From: an uncultured Candidatus Saccharibacteria bacterium
GTDB taxonomy: Bacteria > Patescibacteriota > Minisyncoccia > Phycocordibacterales > DATDWN01
Assembly: GCA_964507615.1 (NCBI GenBank)
Contig: CAZDPS010000001.1
Span: 25,777 to 89,776, forward strand
DNA: 64,000 nt
Direction: 5' to 3'
Shown here: positions 46,797 to 55,609 of the stretch, piece by piece
Position numbering within the stretch: position 1 is the first letter of the stretch
How the letters are laid out: each line of letters opens with the position of its first letter
Position numbers and translations under genes: made by a program
The notes under the pieces: generated by a model
Told to the model about the DNA's origin: nothing
Databases searched by the model: none
What the model saw: the letters and a program-made list of their open reading frames with translations, nothing else

Positions 46797-47156
46797 AAAA
46801 ACCGCTCAATGATGAGTGTCCATACCTAAGGCACAGACACTCGTCATTGAGCGGTTGAAGTAGAAGATCCATCCAGCTAATTCTGCAAGCTAGTTATAAT
46901 AACGAAGCTCAAAAAAATATAGTAGATAGTGTAGGTTCGATTAAGGCTAGACATACGAACCACCAAATGGTCTTCAAAGAGGGGACTCGGCCGAGTCCAA
47001 AAAAAGAAAACATGTTTTTAAAAAGAACAAATTGTAGAGATTCAATCCGACAAGGTATCGGACATTCAATCTACGTCTGAAATAAGTTTATCATTTGTAA
47101 AAGACATGTAAAGGACATTCACAAATAAAAAGTGGATAACTCCCAAAAATTAATTT

Positions 47157-47954
47157 TTAAATTTCTAGATCTATCTCAATAGGGCAGTGGTCAGAACCAA
47201 AAATGTCACTATGTATAACACTTTTTTTTAGTTTTGGTAAAAGTATTTTGCTTATAAAAAAGTAATCTATTCTCCAGCCAACATTTCTTGAGCGCGCATT
47301 AGCCCAGTGAGTCCACCATGTATAGTGACCGTTTCCTTTTGTAAAATTTCGAAAAGTATCCACAAATCCTGCGGAAATTACTTTGTCTATACCCTCTCTT
47401 TCTTCATTTGTAAAACCGTGTTTACCAATATTCTGTTTTGGATTAGCTAGATCATCTTCTGTATGTGCCACATTCAAATCACCGCAAAAAACAACTGGTT
47501 TAACTTTCTGTAGGGTATTTACGTGTTCAAGAAAAGCAGGATCCCATTGTTTATGACGAAGCTTAAGTCTGCTCAAATCTTCTTTAGAATTAGGAGTGTA
47601 AACGTTCACCAGGAAAAAATCTTTAAATTCTGCAGTTAAAACACGACCCTCTTTGTTTGGATCTCCATAATCGTCTTTTGAAAGTTTGTATTTATCACAC
47701 AACTCTTCAGATAAACCGAACGTAACCTGAACAGGTTTTTCCTTAGTAAATATGGCGGTCCCACTATAACCTGGTTTTTCAGCTGAGTTCCAATATTCTT
47801 CAAACTGGCTCAAATCAACCTCATTTTGATGTTGCATTGACTTTGTCTCCTGCAAACAGACTATGTTTGGATTAAGTTTTTCTATAAACGGCACAAAAAG
47901 ACCTTTCTTATGCACAGCTCTTATTCCATTTACATTCCAGCTTATTATCTTCAT
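47157..47954 (-). CDS. xth: Exodeoxyribonuclease III
   Basis: MKIISWNVNGIRA...LQETK...GDLNVAH...SDHCPIEIDL. Confidence 0.9.
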   Translation of the reverse strand: MKIISWNVNGIRAVHKKGLFVPFIEKLNPNIVCLQETKSMQHQNEVDLSQFEEYWNSAEKPGYSGTAIFTKEKPVQVTFGLSEELCDKYKLSKDDYGDPNKEGRVLTAEFKDFFLVNVYTPNSKEDLSRLKLRHKQWDPAFLEHVNTLQKVKPVVFCGDLNVAHTEDDLANPKQNIGKHGFTNEEREGIDKVISAGFVDTFRNFTKGNGHYTWWTHWANARSRNVGWRIDYFFISKILLPKLKKSVIHSDIFGSDHCPIEIDLEI

Positions 47955-47955
47955 A

Positions 47956-48888
47956 TTAGTGATTTTTATTATGAAACTTTTTGTGTATATCTTTCAAGTG
48001 TTTATCCGTCACGTGTGTATATATCTGAGTGGTCACAATACTTGAGTGGCCTAAAAGAGCCTGAACTGAACGTAAATCAGCACCGTTTGAAAGCAGATCT
48101 GTAGCAAATAGGTGACGCATTGTATGCGGTGTGACTTTTTTTGAAATTCCTGCCTTTGTAGCGTGTTGTTTTACGATTCTTTCTATTGACCTTTTGTCCA
48201 AGAAGCCAAAATTTCTCGTACTGTTTTTATTAAAATTTTTAGCATCAATAGGAACAAAAAGTGCATCGCTTATATCTTTGCGAGCCTTCAAATAATCTCC
48301 AACACACTTTTTGGCATTATCAGAAAGGAAAACAACTCTAACTTTTCCACCCTTACCACGAATAGACAGTTCATCGGACTTAAGGTTTATATCGGAAGTC
48401 AGGGAACATAGTTCGGAAACACGAAGGCCGGTAGAAAATAGTAGTTCAAGAATAGCTTTGTCACGCAAATCTTTTAAGCTAGTGCTATTTGGAGAATCGA
48501 GTAGTCTCTGTAACTCTTCCTGGGTAATAAGGTCAAGCGAGCGTTCAGATGTTTTGGCCAATTCTATACGCTCTGCGGGAAGAGTTTTGATCTCTTGTCG
48601 AGCAAGATATTTTAAGAAAGCCCGAAGTGCGATGAGATAATAGTTTTGTGTTTTTTTGGATAAAGTTTCTGATTCAGCCTTTTTGTGCCCCGTCAGTTGG
48701 CGATTAAGCCATAGGCGGAACTCGCGAACAGAGGTGTCTGTTATGCTTGCAGGATTATCGTTTTTGGTAAAATCAAGAAAACGAGAGAGGTAGTGGTCGT
48801 AGTTCTCGACAGTTTTCATAGAACGGCCTTTTTCTATCTCTATATACTCCAAAAATTGTTGTTTGAGTTGTTTCAGACCTCGAGCCAT
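47956..48888 (-). CDS. Tyrosine recombinase XerC/XerD family
   Basis: SAM-like N domain; R...HTMRHLFATDLL...LLGHSSIVTTQIYTHV catalytic motifs. Confidence 0.85.
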   Translation of the reverse strand: MARGLKQLKQQFLEYIEIEKGRSMKTVENYDHYLSRFLDFTKNDNPASITDTSVREFRLWLNRQLTGHKKAESETLSKKTQNYYLIALRAFLKYLARQEIKTLPAERIELAKTSERSLDLITQEELQRLLDSPNSTSLKDLRDKAILELLFSTGLRVSELCSLTSDINLKSDELSIRGKGGKVRVVFLSDNAKKCVGDYLKARKDISDALFVPIDAKNFNKNSTRNFGFLDKRSIERIVKQHATKAGISKKVTPHTMRHLFATDLLSNGADLRSVQALLGHSSIVTTQIYTHVTDKHLKDIHKKFHNKNH

Positions 48889-49005
48889 GGGTGAATTATA
48901 TCACAAACCGTGTCGCAAAATAATTGAACCACTTAAAACGGCCGGGAATTGCCATCACAAAAGGCTCTTGCAAAGGCCTGTCTTTTGTGATATCCTGTGG
49001 GAACA

Positions 49006-49272
49006 ATGCTTACAAAGACAAAAAAATCAAAAATTGTTAAAGATGTTCAAGTGCACGCCACAGACACTGGTTCTCCAGAGGTACAAATTGCTATTTTGAC
49101 TAAAAGAATAGATGATCTGGCTTCTCACCTAAAGAAAAACACAAAAGATAACCATTCAAGACGTGGGCTACTACAAATGGTTGCTGATAGAAAATCCCAG
49201 ATGAAATATCTTGAGAAAAAATCTCCTAAAAGATATAACGCTTTAGTTAAGAAAGTTGGTTTGAAAAAATAG
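49006..49272 (+). CDS. rpsO: 30S ribosomal protein S15
   Basis: MLTKTKKSKIVKDVQVHATDTGSPEVQIAILTKRIDDLASHLKKNTKDNHSRRGLL... Confidence 0.9.
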   Translation: MLTKTKKSKIVKDVQVHATDTGSPEVQIAILTKRIDDLASHLKKNTKDNHSRRGLLQMVADRKSQMKYLEKKSPKRYNALVKKVGLKK

Positions 49273-49357
49273 TCGCCAAAAGCGATTATTTTTCTATTTT
49301 TTGATACAATTGCTTTATAGCAATAACTTTTTATTATTAATTTAAAAAAACCATTTT

Positions 49358-49897
49358 ATGTCAGTAATTAAACACAAAAACCAGCGCGTTGGTATTTTTA
49401 TAGATACACAAAACCTATACCACTGTGCAAAAAATATATACGGGGCAAAAGTAAATTTTGATCAGGTAGTAAAAGATGGTCTTGCGGGAAGACAGTTAAT
49501 ACGTGCTGTAGCTTATGTAATCACAACAGAAGCAGGTGATGAAAAGAGCTTTTTTGAGGCTCTGGAAAAAATTGGAATAGAAACAAAAACAAAAAATTTA
49601 CAGATATTTTCAGGAGGAGCTAAAAAGGGAGATTGGGATGTTGGCCTTGCGGTAGACGCCATTAAACTCGCTCCAAAACTGGATGCTGTTATTCTGGTAA
49701 CTGGTGACGGAGATTTTGTTCCTCTTGTAGAATATCTACAAGTAAATGAGGGGTGTCAAGTGGAAGTGATGTCTTTCGGAAAAGCATCTTCGGCAAAATT
49801 AATAGAAACCAGTGATGATTTTATAGACCTAGATCTGAACCCACGAAAATATCTGATAGGATTTGGTACAAACAAACGAAATCGCAGGGCTATGTAA
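49358..49897 (+). CDS. NYN-domain (LabA/DUF88-like) protein
   Basis: RVGIFIDTQNLYH...VILVTGDGDFVPLVEYLQ. Confidence 0.8.
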   Translation: MSVIKHKNQRVGIFIDTQNLYHCAKNIYGAKVNFDQVVKDGLAGRQLIRAVAYVITTEAGDEKSFFEALEKIGIETKTKNLQIFSGGAKKGDWDVGLAVDAIKLAPKLDAVILVTGDGDFVPLVEYLQVNEGCQVEVMSFGKASSAKLIETSDDFIDLDLNPRKYLIGFGTNKRNRRAM

Positions 49898-49939
49898 TAA
49901 ACAGAGAACTTGACCTAATATACTACTAGGTATACATTT

Positions 49940-50066
49940 AAGTAGCCACTAGGCATGTCGCCTGGTGGCTATCGTCGGGAAAGCGGCTGGCAACCACTCC
50001 GAGGGTGGTGTTGGAGAGCTCGACAGCCCTTTTCAACACCACCCGCAGGGGTCAAGTTCTTTTTTA
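49940..50066 (+). ncRNA. Candidate GC-rich sRNA of about 125 nt (unclassified), island 7
   Basis: TTGACC-17-TACATT at 49910-49938; hairpins tagccactagg/cctggtggcta (49943-49971) and gggtggtgtt/aacaccaccc (50003-50044); ends in T6; no ORF. Confidence 0.45.
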
Positions 50067-50087
50067 TACTTCTGCATTTTTATGCGC

Positions 50088-50122
50088 AGTCGGTACCTAC
50101 ATGGTAACCGACTTTTTTCGTA
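50088..50122 (+). terminator. Intrinsic terminator
   Basis: agtcggtacc/ggtaaccgact stem followed by tttttt. Confidence 0.65.
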
Positions 50123-50177
50123 TATCTGAACACTAAATTTCTATTATTATAGAAATATCTGATATAATATCTACAAA

Positions 50178-51062
50178 ATGGAACCTCAAAAACAAAATTT
50201 AGAAGGACCTTCACACAACCCTGGCGTTCAGATAAAAAATCTCCGCACATATCAAGGTGACGTTGAAGAAGCTATTGCAAAAAATCACTTCACAACATCC
50301 ACAATTCTTATTGCTGAACAAAAAAGAAAAGCTCAGAACGAAACCTCTAATCCAGAGACAGCAATAAATTCTGGAGCCAGAAATAAATTTTTTATTTTAA
50401 CCGGTGCTCTTTTCCTCATACTGGGAATCGCCACTGTAAGTGTGGTTTTTTATCTAAAATCTAGAAACACAGCCGTGGTAGTACAGAACACCAAAGCCCT
50501 GATGGGTTTCTCGGAAGAAAAAATTATCCCAATATCTGATTTAAATAGAGAAAAATTTATAAATGACATTCTGTCAGAAAAACTGTCCGCCAATCTACAA
50601 GTAAACTCTGTACTATATATAAACACCACAGACACCAGAGATGAACCTGAAGATCTAGAAAACGTTCTGTTGATTTTAGCACCAAACATGCCCCCTTCTC
50701 TATCTAGATCTTTTGACAAAGAATATATGTTGGGAATTTATTCGTTTGGCAGCAACGAGCCATTCATCATTCTAACAACTAGTGATTTTGCGAACAGTTA
50801 CAGTGGAATGCTTAAGTGGGAAAAAGATATGGTGTTGGATTTGGGCAAAATTTTCTCTATACCACAATACGTAGGTTCTTCTACTCCAGAATTCAAAGAT
50901 GAAGCCATGAAAAACAAAGACCTCCGAGTACTAAAAAGTAGTGACAAAAAAACCGTACTATTATACTCATTTATAGACAAGAACACTTTAGTTATAACCA
51001 CCAACGGGGACATTTTGAACGCAATCATTGGAAAATACAGCATTAGCAAACAAATAAGATAA
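50178..51062 (+). CDS. Hypothetical single-pass membrane protein (294 aa)
   Basis: TM FFILTGALFLILGIATVSVVFYL about 80 aa from the N-terminus; no family recognised. Confidence 0.6.
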   Translation: MEPQKQNLEGPSHNPGVQIKNLRTYQGDVEEAIAKNHFTTSTILIAEQKRKAQNETSNPETAINSGARNKFFILTGALFLILGIATVSVVFYLKSRNTAVVVQNTKALMGFSEEKIIPISDLNREKFINDILSEKLSANLQVNSVLYINTTDTRDEPEDLENVLLILAPNMPPSLSRSFDKEYMLGIYSFGSNEPFIILTTSDFANSYSGMLKWEKDMVLDLGKIFSIPQYVGSSTPEFKDEAMKNKDLRVLKSSDKKTVLLYSFIDKNTLVITTNGDILNAIIGKYSISKQIR

Positions 51063-51344
51063 ACCTAGACACCAATTCAGGTATGGTTTTTATTCTTTTT
51101 TTGGTGTTTCATATAAACTTAACTTATGGCTACAATACTGGTGTAATAATTTGTCTACCTTTCAAGACAGAATGATGCTATATATATTTGGTGTGCGAGT
51201 AAATTTGCGTAGGTATTTTTTTCTGCTACAATACGGATATGAATCCCGTTAGAGGTTTCAGTCTATCCTTACCTCAAGGGAAAATGAACGTATTTATCAT
51301 TAACTTTTGTATCGTAGCTAAAAGCTACTGGTACCTCTAATGGG

Positions 51345-51707
51345 ATGAAACCAAACCTACAGCATTTAAGAGATCTTTTGCTCAAAGAATCAGGGGTTTT
51401 AGAAGGTCAATTATCCTCAATCGGCAGGAAAAACCCAGATGACTCTACAGACTGGGAAGCTGTGGCAACTGGACTCGACGATGACAATGCAGACGAATTT
51501 GACGTAGCCGAAGACCTAGAAAACTTTGAAAATAACAAAGCAGAGCTGGAGGCACTCGAAACACAACTAAACAATGTAAAAACCGCCCTCAAAAAAATGG
51601 ATGAGGGTAAATATGGTTTATGTGAAACTTGTGGCAAAGAAATTGAAAACGACAGACTAGAAGCAAATCCTTCAGCTAAAACCTGTAAGGAACACATGAA
51701 CGACTAG
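51345..51707 (+). CDS. DksA/TraR-family C4 zinc-finger protein
   Basis: C-terminal CETCGKEIENDRLEANPSAKTCKEH; acidic coiled-coil N part. Confidence 0.8.
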   Translation: MKPNLQHLRDLLLKESGVLEGQLSSIGRKNPDDSTDWEAVATGLDDDNADEFDVAEDLENFENNKAELEALETQLNNVKTALKKMDEGKYGLCETCGKEIENDRLEANPSAKTCKEHMND

Positions 51708-51717
51708 AAACACCACA

Positions 51718-53826
51718 ATGACTAAAAAAACTTTTACTACGGATTTTGGAGGAAGAGAATTACGAGTAGAGTTTAGCGATATGGTGGACCAAGCACACGG
51801 ATCGTGCCTTGTTCAATATGGAGATACTACTGTGTTGGCTACTGCAGTGATGGCAAGAACAGCTCGTGAAGGAATTGATTTCTTCCCATTAACTGTAGAT
51901 TTCGAAGAGAAATTTTACGCTTCTGGCAAAATTCTTGGTTCACGTTTTCAAAAAAGAGAAGGAAGACCAACAGACGAGGCTATTTTGTCTGGCCGCATTG
52001 TAGACCGAACAATAAGACCGTTTTTTGATAGTTGGATTAGAAACGAAGTACAAGTAGTTGTAACTGTGTTATCCATCGGTGAAGACGATCCTGATATTTT
52101 GGCAGTGTTAGCCTCATCTATTGCACTTGGCACTTCTCACATACCATGGAACGGACCGACAACAGCTGTTCGTATTGGAAAAAATAGTGAGTTTGAAATA
52201 AATCCAACGTATACACAAAGAAACACTGAAAACTACCAGATGGACCTTTTGGTTTGTGGAAAGAATGGAAACGTAAATATGATTGAAATCGGCAGTAACG
52301 AGATAGATGAAACAGAAATAATGAAGGCGTTGGAGTTGGCCAAAACAGAAATATTAAAAATACAAAAATTCCAAGAACAAATATTTAAAGAAATTGGAAA
52401 AGAAAAAAAGAAAATAGAAAAACCAGAATTAAAAAAAGAAACTTTGGATTTGTTTGAAGCAAAAATAGTACCTTTGTTTGAGAAAAATCTATTCTGTGAA
52501 AACAGTAAAGAGGGACTAGTTTTTCTAATTGAAGAATGGAAGAAAAATCTTGAAGAATCTGTGGAAGACGATAAAGAAAAAATGCTAGCTATGGATTATA
52601 TCCAAGAAAGAATAGACGAAACGATTCACAAAGAAATAATCGATAACCAAAAGAGACCTGACGGAAGAAAGATAGATGAATTACGAAAACTTTTTGCCCA
52701 AGCTGGAGGATTATCAAAAGTTCTCCATGGATCAGGACTGTTTTATAGGGGAGGAACCCATGTTTTGTCTGTACTAACTCTTGGAGGACCTGGAGATGCA
52801 CAAATACTAGACGGAATGGAGATAAAAACAGAAAAAAGATTTATGCTTCACTACAACTTTCCCCCATATTCAGTGGGTGAGGTAGGTAGGATGGGAGGTA
52901 CAAACCGTCGTATGGTGGGGCATGGAGCACTAGCAGAGAAAGCTCTAATTCCTGTATTACCAAAAAAAGAAGATTTTCCATACACAATACGTCTAGTTGC
53001 CGAATCAATGGCCTCAAATGGTTCAACATCAATGGCCTCTGTCTGTGCTGGTACTTTGGCACTTATGGATGGTGGAGTTCCAATAAAAAGACCTGTGGCC
53101 GGAATCGCTTCAGGACTTATGATGCATGATGAAAACAACTACGTAGTTCTAACAGATATACAAGGACCAGAAGACCACCACGGAGATATGGATTTCAAAG
53201 TTGCTGGAACAGAAATGGGTGTTACCGCCGTACAGATGGATGTTAAAGTATCTGGAATTCCTCTCAAAATCCTGAAAGAGGCTTTTGAAAAAGCAAAAGT
53301 GGCTAGATTAAATATTTTAAAAGTTATGACAGATGAAATTTCCACTCCTCGAGAGAAAATTTCAGAGTACGCGCCTCATATTGTTTCAATAAAAGTAAAA
53401 CTAGATCAAATCGGACTTGTCATAGGAACCGGAGGTAAGACAATAAAAGAAATTAAAGAAAGAACGGGAGTAGATGCTATAGATATTAGTGACGATGGAA
53501 CGGTATTTATAACAGGAAAAGGGGACACTTGTGATAAAGCAAAATCTATTATAGAGGAAATGACTCATGAATTTGCGGTGGGAGACAGAATGAGAGCCGA
53601 GGTAGTAAAGATCGCTGATTTTGGTGCGTTTGTGAGACTAGCCGGTAGCTCTGCTGAAGGACTGGTCCACATCTCTGAAATTACTCCTCGACGCCTACAA
53701 TCTGCAAACGAAGTTATGAAAGTCGGTGACATCGTACCGGTGGTAGTAAAAGAGATAGATGAACGTGGAAGATTGAAACTTTCAATCAAAGATATCGCTC
53801 CCGCTTGGTTTGACACCCAAAAATAG
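51718..53826 (+). CDS. pnp: Polyribonucleotide nucleotidyltransferase (PNPase)
   Basis: Two RNase PH domains, KH (GLVIGTGGKTIKEI), S1 (GDRMRAEVVKIADFGAFVRL). Confidence 0.95.
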   Translation: MTKKTFTTDFGGRELRVEFSDMVDQAHGSCLVQYGDTTVLATAVMARTAREGIDFFPLTVDFEEKFYASGKILGSRFQKREGRPTDEAILSGRIVDRTIRPFFDSWIRNEVQVVVTVLSIGEDDPDILAVLASSIALGTSHIPWNGPTTAVRIGKNSEFEINPTYTQRNTENYQMDLLVCGKNGNVNMIEIGSNEIDETEIMKALELAKTEILKIQKFQEQIFKEIGKEKKKIEKPELKKETLDLFEAKIVPLFEKNLFCENSKEGLVFLIEEWKKNLEESVEDDKEKMLAMDYIQERIDETIHKEIIDNQKRPDGRKIDELRKLFAQAGGLSKVLHGSGLFYRGGTHVLSVLTLGGPGDAQILDGMEIKTEKRFMLHYNFPPYSVGEVGRMGGTNRRMVGHGALAEKALIPVLPKKEDFPYTIRLVAESMASNGSTSMASVCAGTLALMDGGVPIKRPVAGIASGLMMHDENNYVVLTDIQGPEDHHGDMDFKVAGTEMGVTAVQMDVKVSGIPLKILKEAFEKAKVARLNILKVMTDEISTPREKISEYAPHIVSIKVKLDQIGLVIGTGGKTIKEIKERTGVDAIDISDDGTVFITGKGDTCDKAKSIIEEMTHEFAVGDRMRAEVVKIADFGAFVRLAGSSAEGLVHISEITPRRLQSANEVMKVGDIVPVVVKEIDERGRLKLSIKDIAPAWFDTQK

Positions 53827-53852
53827 TTTTGTGTGTTAAAATTAAACTAAAT

Positions 53853-55430
53853 ATGGCTGTTTCAAAAATCTACAGCGCACAAACCACACTCCTTAGCGCA
53901 CAGATAATAGATATAGAAGTGGACTTGTCAAAAGGGCTTCATAGTTTTTCTGTTGTTGGACTTGCAGACAAATCAGTTGATGAAAGTAAAGACAGAGTAG
54001 GTGCGGCAATAAAAAACACTGGGTTTAAATCTCCCAAGAATAAAAATCAAAAAATTGTTGTTTCTCTGGCTCCGGCGGACATTAAAAAGGAAGGTCCGCT
54101 TTTTGATTTACCGATTGCCATTGGATATCTACTGGCCAGTGAAGATATAAAAGCTGATACAGAAAAAAGAATTTTTGTTGGAGAGTTGTCACTTGATGGG
54201 GAACTGCGTCCAATTAAGGGTGCATTACCTATAACACAAAAAGCCAAAAAAGAAGGCTTCAAAGAGATATTTTTACCAAAAGAAAATGCAGAGGAAGCCG
54301 TAAACATAGAAGGAATAACTGTCTTTGGCGCCGGAAGCTTATTAGAAGTTTTACAACATATTAATACTAAAAAGATAGGTGAGGACGAGGATGGAAAAAC
54401 TCAAGTCCCCAATATACAAATAGCTCCGTTTAAAAAAACCAAAAAGAAAAAAGTCGTACGTGAAGTTGATATTGATTTTGCCGATGTGAAGGGCCAGGAA
54501 TCCGCAAAAAGAGGATTGGAGATAGCTGCGGCCGGTGGACACAACATAATAATGTACGGGCCTCCAGGAACAGGTAAAACCATGCTGGCCAAAGCCTTTA
54601 CTCACTTATTACCATCTCTTTCTTTTGATGAGATGCTCGAGGTGACTTCTATTTATTCTATTGGAGGAATGCTGGCAGATGGACTTATAGAACACCCTCC
54701 TTTTCGTTCTCCCCATCACACCGCATCATATGTTTCCCTTGTTGGAGGAGGAACAAATTTAAAGCCTGGAGAAGTTACGCTAGCTCACAAGGGAGTTTTG
54801 TTCCTAGATGAATTTCCTGAATTCGATAAAAAAGTCTTAGAAACCCTAAGACAACCACTAGAAGACAGAGAAGTTACTGTGTCACGAGCCAAAGGAAGTG
54901 TTAGGTATCCCGCGCACTTTATACTAGTGGCCACAATGAACCCATGCCCATGTGGAAACTATGGGGTAAAAGGTAAAGAATGCATTTGTAGTGCACAAAA
55001 CATAGAAAAATACAAAAGAAAGCTGTCGGGACCTATAGTCGACCGCATTGATTTATGGGTTGAGGTTTCAAAAGTTGAACACCAAAAACTAACAGACGCG
55101 AGGGAAATGCACGAGGGAACAGGAGTGATGAAGCCCCGAGTAGAAAAAGCCAGAAAAATGGCGGAAAACAGATATAAAAAATTAGGTTTAAAAATAAAAA
55201 CAAACGCCGAACTTTCTCCAAAAGATTTGGTAAAACACATTATCCTTTCAGAAAAAGTAAAAGAAACTTTAAACAATTCTGCCAAACAATTGGATTTATC
55301 GGCCCGCTCATATCACAGAATAATAAAACTGGCCCGAACCATTGCGGATATGGAGGAAAGTCCGGATATTTCTGAAAACCATATCCTAGAAGCACTGCAA
55401 TATAGACCAAAAAAATATCAGAGTATTTAA
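53853..55430 (+). CDS. comM: YifB/ComM Mg-chelatase-like AAA+ protein
   Basis: Lon-like N domain; Walker A GPPGTGKTM; LFLDEFPEF; Cys cluster CPCGNYG...CIC. Confidence 0.9.
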   Translation: MAVSKIYSAQTTLLSAQIIDIEVDLSKGLHSFSVVGLADKSVDESKDRVGAAIKNTGFKSPKNKNQKIVVSLAPADIKKEGPLFDLPIAIGYLLASEDIKADTEKRIFVGELSLDGELRPIKGALPITQKAKKEGFKEIFLPKENAEEAVNIEGITVFGAGSLLEVLQHINTKKIGEDEDGKTQVPNIQIAPFKKTKKKKVVREVDIDFADVKGQESAKRGLEIAAAGGHNIIMYGPPGTGKTMLAKAFTHLLPSLSFDEMLEVTSIYSIGGMLADGLIEHPPFRSPHHTASYVSLVGGGTNLKPGEVTLAHKGVLFLDEFPEFDKKVLETLRQPLEDREVTVSRAKGSVRYPAHFILVATMNPCPCGNYGVKGKECICSAQNIEKYKRKLSGPIVDRIDLWVEVSKVEHQKLTDAREMHEGTGVMKPRVEKARKMAENRYKKLGLKIKTNAELSPKDLVKHIILSEKVKETLNNSAKQLDLSARSYHRIIKLARTIADMEESPDISENHILEALQYRPKKYQSI

Positions 55431-55435
55431 ACGTA

Positions 55436-55606
55436 ACCAAAAATTTCAAATTTGGATGAAATCCGACGTGAAAAATGTACAAAATGTATTTGTGGAGATT
55501 TTTGTTCGAGTTCAAGGCGGAATGAGAAAATGTGAGGAGCCGTACTAAAGTACGGTGACGAGAATTTTTGAAATTCCAACGCAGAAATCGAGCAAAAAGA
55601 TCACAA
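55436..55606 (+). repeat. Family A palindromic repeat, copy A4 (long variant)
   Basis: Centre gaggagccgtac-taaa-gtacggtgacgagaa almost identical to A1; left end aatttggatgaaatcc also found at 19050. Confidence 0.65.
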
Positions 55607-55609
55607 AGA

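Noticed and set aside
44910-47139. DnaA-box-like 9-mers (TTATCCACA at 44910-44918; tgtggaca at 44945; gtggataa at 47132) as a replication origin
   Set aside because: Only isolated boxes, about 2 kb apart. No dnaA or dnaN gene is nearby, there is no clustered box array or obvious DUE, and the first box sits in a tRNA promoter region.
49940-50066. Island 7 RNA as the SRP (4.5S) RNA
   Set aside because: cgtcgggaaagcggc superficially recalls the helix 8 apex. However, the flanking bases do not pair around a GNRA loop, and the symmetric and asymmetric loop motifs are missing.
51239-51340. 33-codon ORF (MNPVRGFSLSLPQGKMNVFIINFCIVAKSYWYL) upstream of the dksA-like gene
   Set aside because: No SD, no recognisable motif, AT-rich leader region. 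It is not supportable from sequence alone.
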